64,000 bases of DNA from positions 1,736,001-1,800,000 of the forward strand of contig NW_027266330.1 of NCBI RefSeq assembly GCF_022045235.1, written 5' to 3'. Shown piece after piece: positions 38,601 to 51,330 of the stretch. Position 1 is the stretch's first letter. Every line of letters begins with the position of its first letter. The translations under genes and the position numbers were made by a program. The notes below the pieces were generated by a model. The model was not told the origin of the DNA. It made no database searches and saw nothing but the letters and a program-made list of their open reading frames with translations. This DNA comes from Haliotis cracherodii. Taxonomy: Eukaryota.

Positions 38601-40991
38601 TCAGACCCAACCTTCATCCCTACAAGTACATGACGCAGAAGCATACACACCATACGGACATTACACAATGTTTCCAAAGAATCTCGTCAGAATGATGACA
38701 TTGAATATTGCTGAAAGAAAATGGATTATTTGTTCTTTTAAAAATGTAAATCCTTATATAGTACAGAACTAAGTGCGAGAGTTCTGCTGTATAACAGCAT
38801 AATGTATTGTTAAACAATGTTTTAATTGTATTACGGTGTTACTGTTAAGGTTCAGTAGAAGTTCAGAACATTGTGTTTTAACAATAATTAATGGTCAGGA
38901 ATGTAGTATTATCTAATGTAAGCGCTGGTGTCGAGATTACTATATGTTGATTCTTTTGGAGTCAAGTGTAATCTGGAATATTCTACATCAGCTAGAGATT
39001 ATTCCAGCAAGGCGTGGACGATATCTAGGCGACATCAGTGGGCAAACAGACACGCATCTCATCTCGGAGTACGTCAAGAGCAGCACTTGTTTGAAGATCT
39101 TTTTGTCACCTTGGATATCCAGCTTACGCCTTTTTTGGAAGCTTGACAACTTTTGCTGCTAGGTGGAAATGTGTTATCACTGACTTGCTATTACCACTGC
39201 ATTATTATTATACTCTCTTCTGTGGTTTCGATTTCCTATTGAAAAGTCAACAAGACAACCTATCGAGGTGCAGTGTGTCACCAACAAGGAAGCAGGGATT
39301 AGTTTCAGTTAACGCGTCCATTTGGGAAAACAGCAGAGGAGAGGTGTGGCGCAAATGAGCACGGTGAGACCCAGGCAAAATGATTATTACAAACTTGACA
39401 CATGTTTCTTGTTAAACACCAAACGAATTTCAGCTCTTTCAATAATCAAGTCTTGTCCAAACAATTAAGTACTTTACAGCATGAACATGTGCTGAGTTTC
39501 CTGGACCTTTATGTGATTTATGTGTAATGACATATTATCATATAATTTAGATTCTGCCTGCCTTTACGTGAACCACAAGTTAGGATGGCATCTAATGGTA
39601 GCTTATGCATCAATGTTTTGGAAGCTTTACTACGGCCTTGAATGATTAAATCCTGATGAAACAACTTTTGAGTAAGCGTCGAATGATACTGTAGGAATAT
39701 TGCTTTGGATAGAAGTAAAGCTGACAGTCCAGGTGGTTCCGGAACACCAAATGTATGCTGTAGACAGTAACATTATCTGTGAGAAGATACTGGTACCCTA
39801 GACCCCTCCCTTTTAAAATTGCTGGGCCCGCCCTTGATAAGATTGGGGGTTGGGGAGGTGGAATCGGGTTCAACTGAGATACCATAACTCAGCGTAACAT
39901 GAATACTCCGCTCAAACATGGTACAGTGACTCTGAGCCGACCAGTTCGTGTATTGTCCCCTCAATGCCGAGTGCCAGGCAAGGAAACAACACGTACCATC
40001 CATTAACGTCATCCATTAACGAAATCATGCGACCAGGGGTCAAACCACCGACGGTCGGCTCTCCGGGCACACGCTCTATCAATGCAGACCAAGTGGATGT
40101 GCGAATAAGATGAAGAACACTACATGAATATATGTATATCTGTCATCAGATGAGAGATGGGTCTTTTCTCATCAATATTCTACATGACAATTAAATGGGT
40201 GTTGCCAAGCAATAGGTCTTAAATTATTTATTGTTTCAAACTGTGATCAGGGACATAATCATTTCTTTTCCTTACTTAGTGCTCCAACTTCTATCAAAGA
40301 AGACATAATCATAGTAAACTTAATTATCAGCATTTACAGTGTCCACTTGAGTAAAACACTATTGCCTACTTCTCTCAACAACTTTACATCATGGTTTCTT
40401 GATAGATGGGAGTTTATGAAAAAGACATGGCTGTCAATAGGTTCACATAATGCAATTGATTTTCCTAATCTGTGATATTAATGATAATGAAACATACTTG
40501 TCTGTTAACCTCTAGCTCGGTTATCCTGTGAAGAACATGTCAATTTATGAGACAACAGTGTGTGTTTTACTCTGACCTCATTATATAAACGAAGAATTGG
40601 ACAAAACATCATGACATACAACTACTCTAATATGTTTGACATATTTTGCAGGAAATATTCATATTATAAATTGCTTTTTGAAAACAAAGTAGAAAGGATG
40701 GTGACCTGACACTTGACAGGGAAACTGAAATTATCTGATAAACTATTCCATGTTCTATTTTTACCATCAATTCAATGTAATGTCTAATTACATGATTTTG
40801 AGAGCACGACCATTCAGTTTCACTCGTCATATTTTCACAATGGGAACACGAAAGTACAACCTTTGATGTGACAAACCTACCCATTGTATGTGAAGTAATA
40901 ATTTTACAAGCACGATCATATTTGCATATTTGAGGTGACCTGTGATTCCCAGTGCAGCCGATTGTTGATGCCTGTCAGTAGCTGTGCTAGA

Positions 40992-41130
40992 ATGAGTGAG
41001 TGAATATGGTTTAACGCTGCTTTTAGCAATATTCCAGCAATATCACGGCAGGGGACACCAGAAAGGGGCTTCACACATTGTACCCATGTCGGGAATCGAA
41101 CCCGGGAACCACAAGGCTACCCGGCCGCCC
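40992..41130 (-). mobile_element. tRNA-derived SINE (family 1) with 14-bp TSD
   Basis: Direct repeats gtagctgtgctaga at 40978-40991 and 41131-41144. Confidence 0.85.
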
Positions 41131-41358
41131 GTAGCTGTGCTAGAGCACTATAATGGTTTAATTGGATAACGTTTAGACATATGTGACTTTTATTTGTATT
41201 AAAAACCTAAGATGAAATACATGAACAGTCAGCTAGTAATTATCACATCATATGTATGACTTAAGGAGCGTAAACCTGAAGGTTTGTCGAGATTGTATCC
41301 ACAACACTTGACATTCATAAGCTGTTTTAATTTGATTCATTTCAGTTTCAGGAATACA

Positions 41359-41410
41359 ATGTGGCATCTTGGGATGATCGTGACAGCGTGTATGCTAGTC
41401 ACCACACAAG
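41359..41410 (+). CDS. Gene C exon 1 (signal peptide) of multiple-EGF-like type I receptor
   Basis: MWHLGMIVTACMLVTTQ+G|GTAAAC, 52 nt, paralogous to gene A exon 1. Confidence 0.8.
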
Positions 41411-41468
41411 GTAAACAGATGAGTTGTCTATATACATTGTGCTGGATAAGGTAGGGCATCCTCTTTGG

Positions 41469-41609
41469 NNNNNNNNNNNNNNNNNNNNNNNNNNNNNNNN
41501 NNNNNNNNNNNNNNNNNNNNNNNNNNNNNNNNNNNNNNNNNNNNNNNNNNNNNNNNNNNNNNNNNNNNNNNNNNNNNNNNNNNNNNNNNNNNNNNNNNNN
41601 NNNNNNNNN
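41469..41609. other. Assembly gap (N run) in gene C intron 1
   Basis: Run of n. Confidence 0.99.
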
Positions 41610-41998
41610 AAATTTGTTGTTAAATAACGATGCCATCTGACATTGCACAGGTAATGAATGCACCTTTGTTGTATGTGGGAATCATATTCATGCTTTTGGT
41701 TATAATGTTCTTCGTTATTATAGATATTTGATGGTACAAAATGTCACTCATGAGCTGTCCTCACACTGCTTGGTAGATTTTCTACACCTCCCCCGCAAGA
41801 TTGTAGACTTTTCTGAAACCCAACCAAGTACACGTGAATGTTGCTGAGACATATCTGACCGCAATAAGAAGATAAACTGCTTCCACTGCACTGGGACTAT
41901 CAGCATCACTAATTTCTAATGTACAGCAGCTCAATGTGTGGTTTTGCTGTAACTGTAGGAAAACTATATATATTCATAAAAGGTATATTCTTTTCTAG

Positions 41999-42949
41999 GT
42001 GCTAGTTGTACGGGTAATCAGCAATGTTCCGACTGTGATGCGCAGACACAAGGATGCCTCACAGACTGCCATAGAGGATATTTCGGCGCCACATGCATGG
42101 ATGTTTGCAGCACAAGGTGCAGGAACAACACATGTCACCTGCTTCCCGACAGGGGGATTGCGAGATGTACTGATGGCTGCATCCCGGGATTCCAAGGCCC
42201 AAACTGCCAGAGGCCATGTTACACTCACCAGGAAGACTGTACCAGATGCCCAGGTGGATGTGATGGGGAGTTTTGCCAGATGGGTGGAACTTGTTTCTCT
42301 GGTTGCAGCGACTCATACTACGGAGCAAGATGTAGGACGTGTTCCAGCAGATGTAAGTCCTGCAACAGGATCACAGGAACATGTGAGGAGTGTCAGCCTC
42401 CATATTCTGGACTGGCCTGTAGATCCTCGTGTGAGCACTGTGTCGGTGGATGTGAGAGTGGCTGCCAACAGGGATGCAGACAAGGATTCTATGGAGACAA
42501 CTGTACTGAAGCATGCAGTGACACCTGCCGAGCTGATCCCTCCCTGTCTACTGATGAACAATGTCCTGAGGGAGACTCATGTACCCCTGAGTGCCACAGC
42601 CAGACTGGCGAGTGTGTTCACGGTTGTGTAGATGGCTGGTACGGCCCGAAGTGTTCAAGGCGATGCAACTCTAACTGCAAACATCAAAGGTGTAACCGCG
42701 CAGGTGCGTGTATTGAAGGATGTGCACAGGGATATATTAAGTATGGATGTGAACGATGCCTGGAGAAGTGCCTTACCTGTGCCTTAAACAACGGACCTTG
42801 TTGCAATGGTTGCAACAGTGGTTTAGCTGGGGATGGTTGCAACCTATCATGCAATTTATGTCAGGATGATATTACTGACACGAGGAGTACAGGAGTACAG
42901 GAGTATAGTTTGTTTGTTTGTTTGTTTGCTGGATGTATACAGGAATGTG
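41999..42949 (+). CDS. Gene C exon 2: multiple EGF-like repeats (MEGF10/SCARF-like)
   Basis: ttttctAG acceptor (phase 1), in frame with ORF 42097..43023; Cys pattern paralogous to gene A. The 3' donor (TGTG|GTATCA) is a best guess. Confidence 0.85.
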
Positions 42950-43208
42950 GTATCACTAGCAATCTCCTTCTGGATCCTTTAAAACGGGTTAACCTGGAAC
43001 TTGTAAAAGTTTTTAAATCGTAGAACGCAAATATGGGAAACCAGGTCACGCTTTGATACATGACCGATTAATATTGTATCTCACTTCCTTCGATCGATGC
43101 AGTTTGGACACTTTGTGATTTACAATCCTGAGCATGTTAAAATACATACACCCACTCACTTCTTGACAGACACTATGTTCTATAATTGTGATTTGTTACC
43201 TATTTCAG

Positions 43209-43332
43209 ATGTGCAGAACCCAGGGGCCTCCAACACTGTGACCTTGACACTAGTTGTGTTGAATATTATTATCATCCTGGTGGCTAGTGTCACATGTTAC
43301 CTCTGCTACCGTAAAGGATTGAGTACGAAAAG
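43209..43332 (+). CDS. Gene C exon 3: transmembrane helix
   Basis: tatttcAG acceptor, AG|GTTTGT donor, phase 1-2. Encodes DVQNPGASNTVTLTLVVLNIIIILVASVTCYLCYRKGLSTK. Confidence 0.8.
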
Positions 43333-44359
43333 GTTTGTTCTTGTCGAGGAAGCTCCAGTCAATGGTGTCCGCATTTCACTTGTGAGCTACAACCGAGCAC
43401 GCTCTTTCTTACACACCTGTGGATGAGAAACCCATTTGAGATAACTGGTATCAAACATATGTGTGAGATCAAATTCCAGGCCCGTGATTGGCTACTCCAT
43501 GGTGATGACCTGGAGTCAGATGATGACGGACTACTTTCCTGAGTGTAAGTCATTCATAAGTAGCTCGTGCTTCAGTCGAATGTTCACCTACGTCTGTATT
43601 GAACAGCAAGACCGTGTAATTAATAATAAAAATAAACAAACTCGTCTTCGTTTGCGAGTTTGTTTGTTATTATTATCAGTTACATTATCTGTTGTTATGG
43701 CAACGTTTTTCAGAGTGTAAACCCCCTGGATGCCACAGCGACACATATGTCCCTTCTCTTCAACCCTCACTTCGAAATCGAATAAAATTCAAAATACATC
43801 ACGCAGAATCTTCACAGTTTTGAATTCCCCCTTCTGTTTATCATTTACTGTCATTTTAGGCAATTCAAAATTACTGAAAGTGACTGAAAGTTAGGTACAT
43901 TGTAAATCTCGCCAAATCACAATTCACGGCGTTTTATACATATTTACTGTGTGTTTAGAATCTAAATATCGGATATTTACTCGAATAATTAAAGTAGAAA
44001 AATAGCATATTAGTGATCACGGGTATCACATCACCAATGATAATTCTAAAACGTCGCTGATAAGCCTAGAATCGTTTAGAATGTTTTGGAAAATACGCAT
44101 ACACGAACGCCGAAGTGTACGATCAGTCATATTGGATTGTGTTTACAAAATGCCGGTCATGAGACGCCTATTCGATCAGGTATATTTCAAACTCAGCTGC
44201 TATACATGCATCCCTTAATTCCTCATAAATTTTCGAAACAATGGATAAATGGTCTTTGTCACCAATGCAAATTATCTAGATGAAATCATGCGAAATAAAT
44301 TAGGTATGGAAACGAAAACTGTGCTCGGAAAACTGTACTTGCTGAAATGTAAACAAAGC

Positions 44360-45260
44360 AAAATTCAGATTTTACACTGTGTAGCATTTTTAGAGATACT
44401 TTAAACCAATTGTTGCATACGCTGGCTCCATCACGCGTTTGAGAATATTCATGGGAAGAGTATCGTTGCACTAATTATGGATTTACACATATATACATTA
44501 CAATGATGTGGTAAATTCAACAGAAGCCGTAAAAGTTTCCGTCCTGTGTGACGCCATGACTGACGCCAAATCACGCACAACGATGACGGTAGTTGTCTGC
44601 ATTTCTGACTAATTCTCTTTGTTACAATGGAAAACATGGTAAACAAATAACATTAAGCAGATTGTCAGAATGTTTCTGATTACTTACGTGAAACATTTAT
44701 GTGTATACGATCCCTCAATCAACGAAAATCCTCCTCTGGAAATCCCGCGTACTGTTGTCAGTGAACACGCCATTTTGTAAAAGTCGGTCACCGGTAGTGA
44801 TGTCATACGGAAGTAAACATTGTTGTACATATTTGGTAATTTCTTTGAGGTGTAAACTTTCAACTTGGCACATAGTGTGTTCTTGGTTTTTGTCTAGTTT
44901 GCATTTTCATCATCGCCTTGATAATCCACATATATGACGGAAACATTTTTGTGTAGGGTCACATTATTTATGAGTAGCAAGCAGCACATAGGATGACGTC
45001 ACTTATGACAGAGGTGTGATGTATTAATGCGCTACTGCAATCATGAGAATAGACAAAATTCATCGGTTCGATGCTAAAAAGGTGCGATTTTAGGGTGTGT
45101 AAGAAACAGATTACTGTACTCGTGCCTGTCAGATACCATTGATCTTACAACTCGTTGTTACAAAGCGTATCTTACTCGCTTTCGCTCGTTAGATACGTTT
45201 TGAAACAACTCGTTGTAAGATCAATGGTATCTGATAGACACTTGTGTAGTAATCTCTATT
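44360..45260 (+). mobile_element. Non-autonomous DNA element with terminal ~150-bp palindrome
   Basis: Inverted second copy at 49765-50509 and a degenerate one at ~37180-37480; hairpin arms 45108-45255 around ctcgctttcgctcg. Confidence 0.65.
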
Positions 45261-45648
45261 TCTACGAGCGTATACATTCTTGTTCAAAAGTTGTTAGATC
45301 AAACTGACAACATTCAATGCCTTTGTAAAGCGTAGTTGGAAGCGTACAACAGACTTTGCTTTTAGCGGATATTTCTAATGATTACGAACAAAACATTTTT
45401 GTTGGTATTGACTATATATAGTGTCAAATGGCATGTTTTTCTCATCGAGTAAGCGGACAACGTTGTGATGTAAACGATTGGTAGATGAATAGACGTAAAG
45501 TAAAATATCAAATCTATTTTCTTTTCTAATACAACACATGACCGCTAAATACACAATTGATAATTTAAAACATCAGTGCATAATTGTGCGTGTGCATTAA
45601 TAAATATGTTGTTCTTGTGTTTGACAAAGTGAAACATTCTGTTTACAG

Positions 45649-45841
45649 GAAACACGGTACTAATGATGAGGCCGTGAACGCGGCTAGGACAGATGCCCCC
45701 AGCAGGGAATACATGTTGCTACATCACTATGAGGATATAACTGAGGGAGAAAGAGTTGGTCAGCTACCAGACCAGAACCCAGAAGGCGCCAGTACAGAGC
45801 AGTGTCGACTTGTTCCTGTCACCGAATTTTCCCTTGATTGA
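45649..45841 (+). CDS. Gene C terminal exon: cytoplasmic tail with YMLL and YEDI motifs
   Basis: tgtttacAG acceptor (phase 2); RKHGTNDEAV...REYMLLHHYEDITEG...FSLD*; AATAAA at ~45934. The four exons total 1320 nt (439 aa). Confidence 0.65.
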
Positions 45842-46957
45842 TATCATAGATGACGTCAGTCCAGATAGCTCTGCCAGGAGCTCACTGTCATAAAGACAGC
45901 TGATCTGTGAGCACTATGTTTGGTCTTTGCATGAATAAAAAATACTATTCTGAACATGCTATGAAAATGTGCTTCGCACCTAGGAACCTGCAGACGAAAG
46001 CTCTAACTTCTTTAACGTAAAACAGATCACACGAAACTATACGTTTGTTTAACTTTCATAAAGCCAAATGTTATTTAAACAAATAACCTCCAAAAATGGC
46101 GTTGAATGTACGTACGATACTTTACAGTGGCTGCTGCATCAGGCTTATACGGCGGGCGTTTTCAATGTCATAATTTACACAATAGAATACATTGCTTGAC
46201 GTCATGTCAGTCAATGCTCAAGTGTCAAAACAACGATGTCGTAAAATGTTGTAAAAGAGATGCACTGTGAGCGTTAAAGACTATTTATAGTGGAATTATG
46301 AATCAGTGTTAAGTCATCTTAGTGATATGCTTTCTTCGAACATGTAAAATACTGTACATATATTTCACATGGTCTTCTTTGTTTCCGCATTTCAATACGT
46401 TTGTATTTTGCCTTATCTCTACATTACGTTTTTGTCATGTAAATTTAATTACTCAATATCATTTGCTTTTTGTTTATTGTTTCACACCGCACTCTAACTG
46501 TGCGACAGCCAGAAACTCCAGTGATTGACATCATCAGCTTCGATCCAAGCAATTGGCATACGAGGTCACCGAGCCTGATCACCCGATCCATGTATTCACC
46601 TCTTACACGTACAAGTATTGAGGGGGCACGGGTAGCCGGTCGTCTAAGGCGCCGCGACTCGCTGTGCATAGTTGCTGCGTCCCTTGGGCACGCCAGAAAT
46701 CTATGATTGTGGGTTAGAATCACGGTTCGCCCCAATTATGTTTTTACGTTTGTCAGCACCATACCTGTGCTCGTGGATTTCACCGAAGTGGTAAACATCT
46801 GAGACCTGCATCACGTCGGGCTTTCCTCCCACATTAAGCTGACACACCGCGATATTACTGGAATAGTGTTAAAGGCGGCGTTAAACCCAACTCAATTACT
46901 TACAAGTATTGGTTTTGAACGATGTACTATGACACGCGAGCCACACGATAAAACTCA

Positions 46958-47650
46958 TCACAAGCATAGCTTAGTGGATATGTCGTTAGGTACACCCCAC
47001 GACAAGCATAGCTTAGTGGATATATCGTTAGGTACACCCCACGACAAGCATAGCTTAGTGGATATTTCGTTTGGTACACCCCACGACAAGCATAGCTTAG
47101 TGGATATATCGTTACGTACACCCCACGACAAGCATAGCTTAGTGGATATATCGTTACGTACACCCCACGACAAGCATAGCTTAGTGGATATATCGTTATG
47201 TAAAGCGCACGACAATCATATCTTAGTGGATATATCGTTATGTAAAGCGCACTCTGTGACAATCATAGCTTAGTGGATATATCGTTATGTAAAGCGCACG
47301 ACAATCATATCTTAGTGGATATATCGTTATGTAAAGCGCACTCTGTGACAATCATAGCTTAGTGGATATATCGTTATGTAAAGCGCAGGACAATCATAGC
47401 TTAGTGGATATATCATTATGTAAAGCGCACTCTGTGACAATTATAGCTTAGTGGATATATCGTTATGTAAAGCGTACAACAATCATAGCTTAGTGGATAT
47501 ATCGTTATGCACAACCCACGACAATCATAGCTTAGTGGATATATCGTTATGTAAAGCGCACGACAAGCATATCTTAGTGGATATATCGTTAGGTATACCC
47601 CTTGACAACAATATCTTAGTGGATATATCGTTACGTAAACCGCACGACAA
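46958..47650. repeat. 42-bp minisatellite (~16 copies)
   Basis: Unit cacgacaagcatagcttagtggatatatcgttaggtacaccc, drifting to a tgtaaagcg variant. Confidence 0.93.
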
Positions 47651-48189
47651 GAAAAGGTTTCTGGACAAGGGCATACACATATGTAAATATTTTGGAGTAG
47701 CATATGCCTTTAAGTAACAAAAACATCACCCGATATGTTTGACGCTGTCATTGTACACTCACACTATAACATAGGGTCACAGCGACATCGTAATGACTGC
47801 TTCTTTAACTTTCTTCTCTGCTATATGTTAGAAACCTAACCTTCTGACGAAATCATATTTCAGTTCTTTAGAGCGGTAAGTTCAAGATAAAAAATACCAA
47901 GAGTAAAGAATAAACAAATGAAACTTCTTCAAATTGCCTTTAACTTGTATCCGACTGCACCACACAGTACACGACAGATAAGTATGAGTTGTCTCCCCTG
48001 TTTGCCAATAACGAAAGTAAGAACTTATGTATATTGATCGTCGACGTTGCCGACACGAACAGAGAAAACAAACATATACAAACGGAAAAAAGTAACATGT
48101 CAAGTTCAATAACAATATTGTTTTCGGCAATTATTTTATGTATCTTTCAACACATGTTCATGAAGACACCACCTCGCACAATTTCGATG

Positions 48190-48356
48190 TTTGCATGTTT
48201 AACGCCGCACTCAGCAATATTCCAGCTATATGACGGCGGTCTGTAAATAATCGAGTCTGGACCGGATAATCCTGTGATTGACATCGTGAGGATCGATCCA
48301 CTCAATTTCGATGGTTGACATGCATCGCGATCCCGTTAGTCGCCTCTTACGACAAG
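48190..48356 (-). mobile_element. SINE-like dispersed repeat (family 2)
   Basis: Matches 23845-24072 and 59440-59665. Confidence 0.7.
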
Positions 48357-48359
48357 TAA

Positions 48360-48760
48360 AGGGAGGAAGAATAATGGTATGGAGTGGCATCACGCCTTAT
48401 TGGAGAACTTAACATATCATTGTTGATGACAATGTGAATGGCGTACGCTAACGGGACGACATTGGTCGAGATCATGTTCTACCCTTTATGCACATACAGG
48501 TGCGGAACGTCACCTTGCAGCTGGCTAATGCCCGCCCACGTGCTGCACGTGTTGTAACAGACGTCTCGAGGCAGCGTAACGTAGCTGTACTGCCGTGGCC
48601 GGCTGTTACTCCACACCACTCACCCAAAGAACATGTCTGGGATGAGATCTAGCGATGCCAACGACAGGACCAGAACCAGCCGGTTACGCAAGCCCATTTG
48701 ATTCAAATTTTTTGTCATTTGCAACAAGATCCTCCAGGCTGTTTTCAATCATCTTCTTGT
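48360..48760 (+). mobile_element. Decayed Tc1/mariner transposase fragment
   Basis: GGRIMVWSGI...VLPF...LQLANARP...VLPWPAVTPHHSPKEHVWDE (cf. WPAxSPDLNPIEHVWD), with stops. Confidence 0.85.
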
Positions 48761-49361
48761 TACCTTTTTCCAGGGTGTTGTCTATGACAAAACAGTGACC
48801 AGACGAATGACCATTTAATGAAGATATTGTAAATAACATCACACTTAGAAAACTATATATCAAGCACCCTTACAGTTTTCCGTTAGTATATATTAAAGTA
48901 CCTTCCGATGAATAATTTGCTCACTGACATATTACATCCCCGTACTGCTGTGTTTAGGTCATCTGGCATGAATGTGACTGAACAAACTCAGACGTATACC
49001 GTGTGTACTTGATATTCCGATTAAATTATGTACATGGTACTAGACATGAACAATGACATAGTCTTTACGATATTTACTGTCCCTGGAGGACAAAGCATGA
49101 GGAAGTTAAAGTCGAATTGCAGGAAAACACTTGTCGACAATCAATTGGGTTGGTAAGTTGCTGTATTGTCTGTGGAGTTGAAATAGATTCGGTTTCAGTT
49201 CGGGTCGTACTTCACTCTGGGTTGGGTGAGTGGGTGAGTCAGGTTCGTTTACCGTCGATTTGAACAGTACTTCAGTTATATCACATGGAGGAAACCTGAA
49301 GTGTTGTATGGATTTGAACCGCGAGTGATACATCGAGGGGAATCAGTAGATAGAGGAGTAA

Positions 49362-49555
49362 NNNNNNNNNNNNNNNNNNNNNNNNNNNNNNNNNNNNNNN
49401 NNNNNNNNNNNNNNNNNNNNNNNNNNNNNNNNNNNNNNNNNNNNNNNNNNNNNNNNNNNNNNNNNNNNNNNNNNNNNNNNNNNNNNNNNNNNNNNNNNNN
49501 NNNNNNNNNNNNNNNNNNNNNNNNNNNNNNNNNNNNNNNNNNNNNNNNNNNNNNN
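49362..49555. other. Assembly gap (N run)
   Basis: Run of n. Confidence 0.99.
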
Positions 49556-49764
49556 AAATACGAAGTAAAGTGTTGGTATCACTGCTCCATAAAGTCTTCC
49601 GTTTGAGTTGTGGATGTAAGAAATGTCCCAACAAATTTGATCTCAGCAATCTCTCCTATTAATACAGCCCCACTTTAACAGTTCCTTTCTCCCGAATTTC
49701 ATACTTCAAGTGGTTAATACTATCGTCTCGTATATTAAAGAGGTAAATAGTGATTACTACTCGA

Positions 49765-50509
49765 ATATCAGTCAGATACCATTTATCTTACAACGAGTTA
49801 TTTCATTAATACGCTTTGAAAGTTGTAATATAACTAGTACCTGACAGGCACGAGAGCAGTAATCTGTTTCTTACACACCCTAAAATCGCACCTTTTTAGC
49901 ATAATACAACGGTCAAAAGTGACGTCATCCGATGTGCTTACTACTCATAAACAATGTGACCCAACCCAAAATGGTTTCATCCATATCTGTAGATTATCAA
50001 GGCGATGACGATAATGCAAACTAGTGAATACTTTTCCTTCAAAGAAATTACCAAATATGTACAATAACGTTGACTTAAGTATGACATCATTACCGGTGAC
50101 CGACGTTTATGTGGCGCGTTCACTGACATGGTGCGGGAGGATTTCCGTTGACTGAGGGATCGTACGTAAGTGTGTCGTGTTAGTAATCAGAAACAATACG
50201 ACAATCTTGTACTGTTATTTGTGATTTGTTATATGCAACCAAGAGAATTTGTCAGAAGTGCAGATAACTGGGCCTACCGTCGTCGTTGTGCGTGATTTTG
50301 CGTCAGCTATGGCGTCACACAGGACGGAAACTTTTACGATTTCTGTTGAATTTACCTGATCACTGTAATGTATCTATTTGTAATTCCATAATTAGTGTCA
50401 CGATACTCTTCCCATGAATATCTTTAAACGCGTGAGACAATGTATGCAACAATTAGACGAATGGATAGCTCTAACAGGAGAAAATGCTACACAGTGTAAA
50501 ATCTGAATT
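49765..50509 (-). mobile_element. Inverted copy of the 44360-45260 element
   Basis: Reverse-complement matches, e.g. gaatattcatgggaagagtatcg vs cgatactcttcccatgaata, and ggtgcgattttagggtgtgtaagaaacagattac vs its complement at ~49860. Confidence 0.7.
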
Positions 50510-50579
50510 ACGACATATCTAATTTTCAGAGGTCACGTCAAGTAACAACAAACTGGGGCCCTCGCTACTAGTTGATAAG

Positions 50580-51330
50580 ACCCCTGTGACCTCTACCCCT
50601 CATCCTCACCCCATATAACCTCTCCGGGCAGTGACTTCGTCTTCCCCTGTGACCTCTTCCCCTCATCCCCACCCCGTCTCACCTCTCCGGGCAGTGACTT
50701 TGCCTTCCCCCGTGACCTCTACCCCTCATCCTCACTTCATTTCACCTCTCCGGGCAGTGACTCCGTCTTCCACTGTGAACTCTACCCCTCAACCTATCAG
50801 TTATCTCAAACGGGTTTCTCACCCACAGGTTTATAAGAACAAAACATATCATCTCCCTCTGGATGATAAGGAAAACAATCACGACATTTGCCATTAAAAA
50901 CCTGACGTGAACAACCAACTGGGGCTCTCTCTGCTGGTTGATCTTCCCCTGTGACCTCTACCCATCACCCTCAGTCCGTCTCGCGTCTCCTGGCAGTGAT
51001 TTCGTCTTCCCCTGTGACCTCTACCCCTCACCCTCAGCACGTCTCACCCATCCGGGCAGTGACTTCGTCTTCCCCTGTGACCTCTACCCCTCATCCTCAC
51101 TCCGTCTCACCTCTCCGGGCTATGACTTCGTCTTCCCTTGTGACCTCTACCCCTCATCCTCACTCCATCTAACCTCTCCGGACAGTGACTTCGTCTTCCC
51201 CTGTGACCTCTAGCCCTAAACTTCACACCGTTTCACCTCTCCGGGCAGTGACTCCGTCTTCCCCTGTGACCTCTACCCCTCACCCTCACCCTCACCCCGT
51301 ATCGCTTCTCCAGGCAATGATTTCGTCTCT
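50580..51330. repeat. 63-bp minisatellite (two sub-arrays)
   Basis: Unit gggcagtgacttcgtcttcccctgtgacctctacccctcatcctcactccgtctcacctctcc. Confidence 0.9.

Noticed and set aside
38440-39360. Short Cys-containing ORFs between ANK2 and gene C (also 12790-13093)
   Set aside because: No recognisable motif spacing or consistent exon structure.
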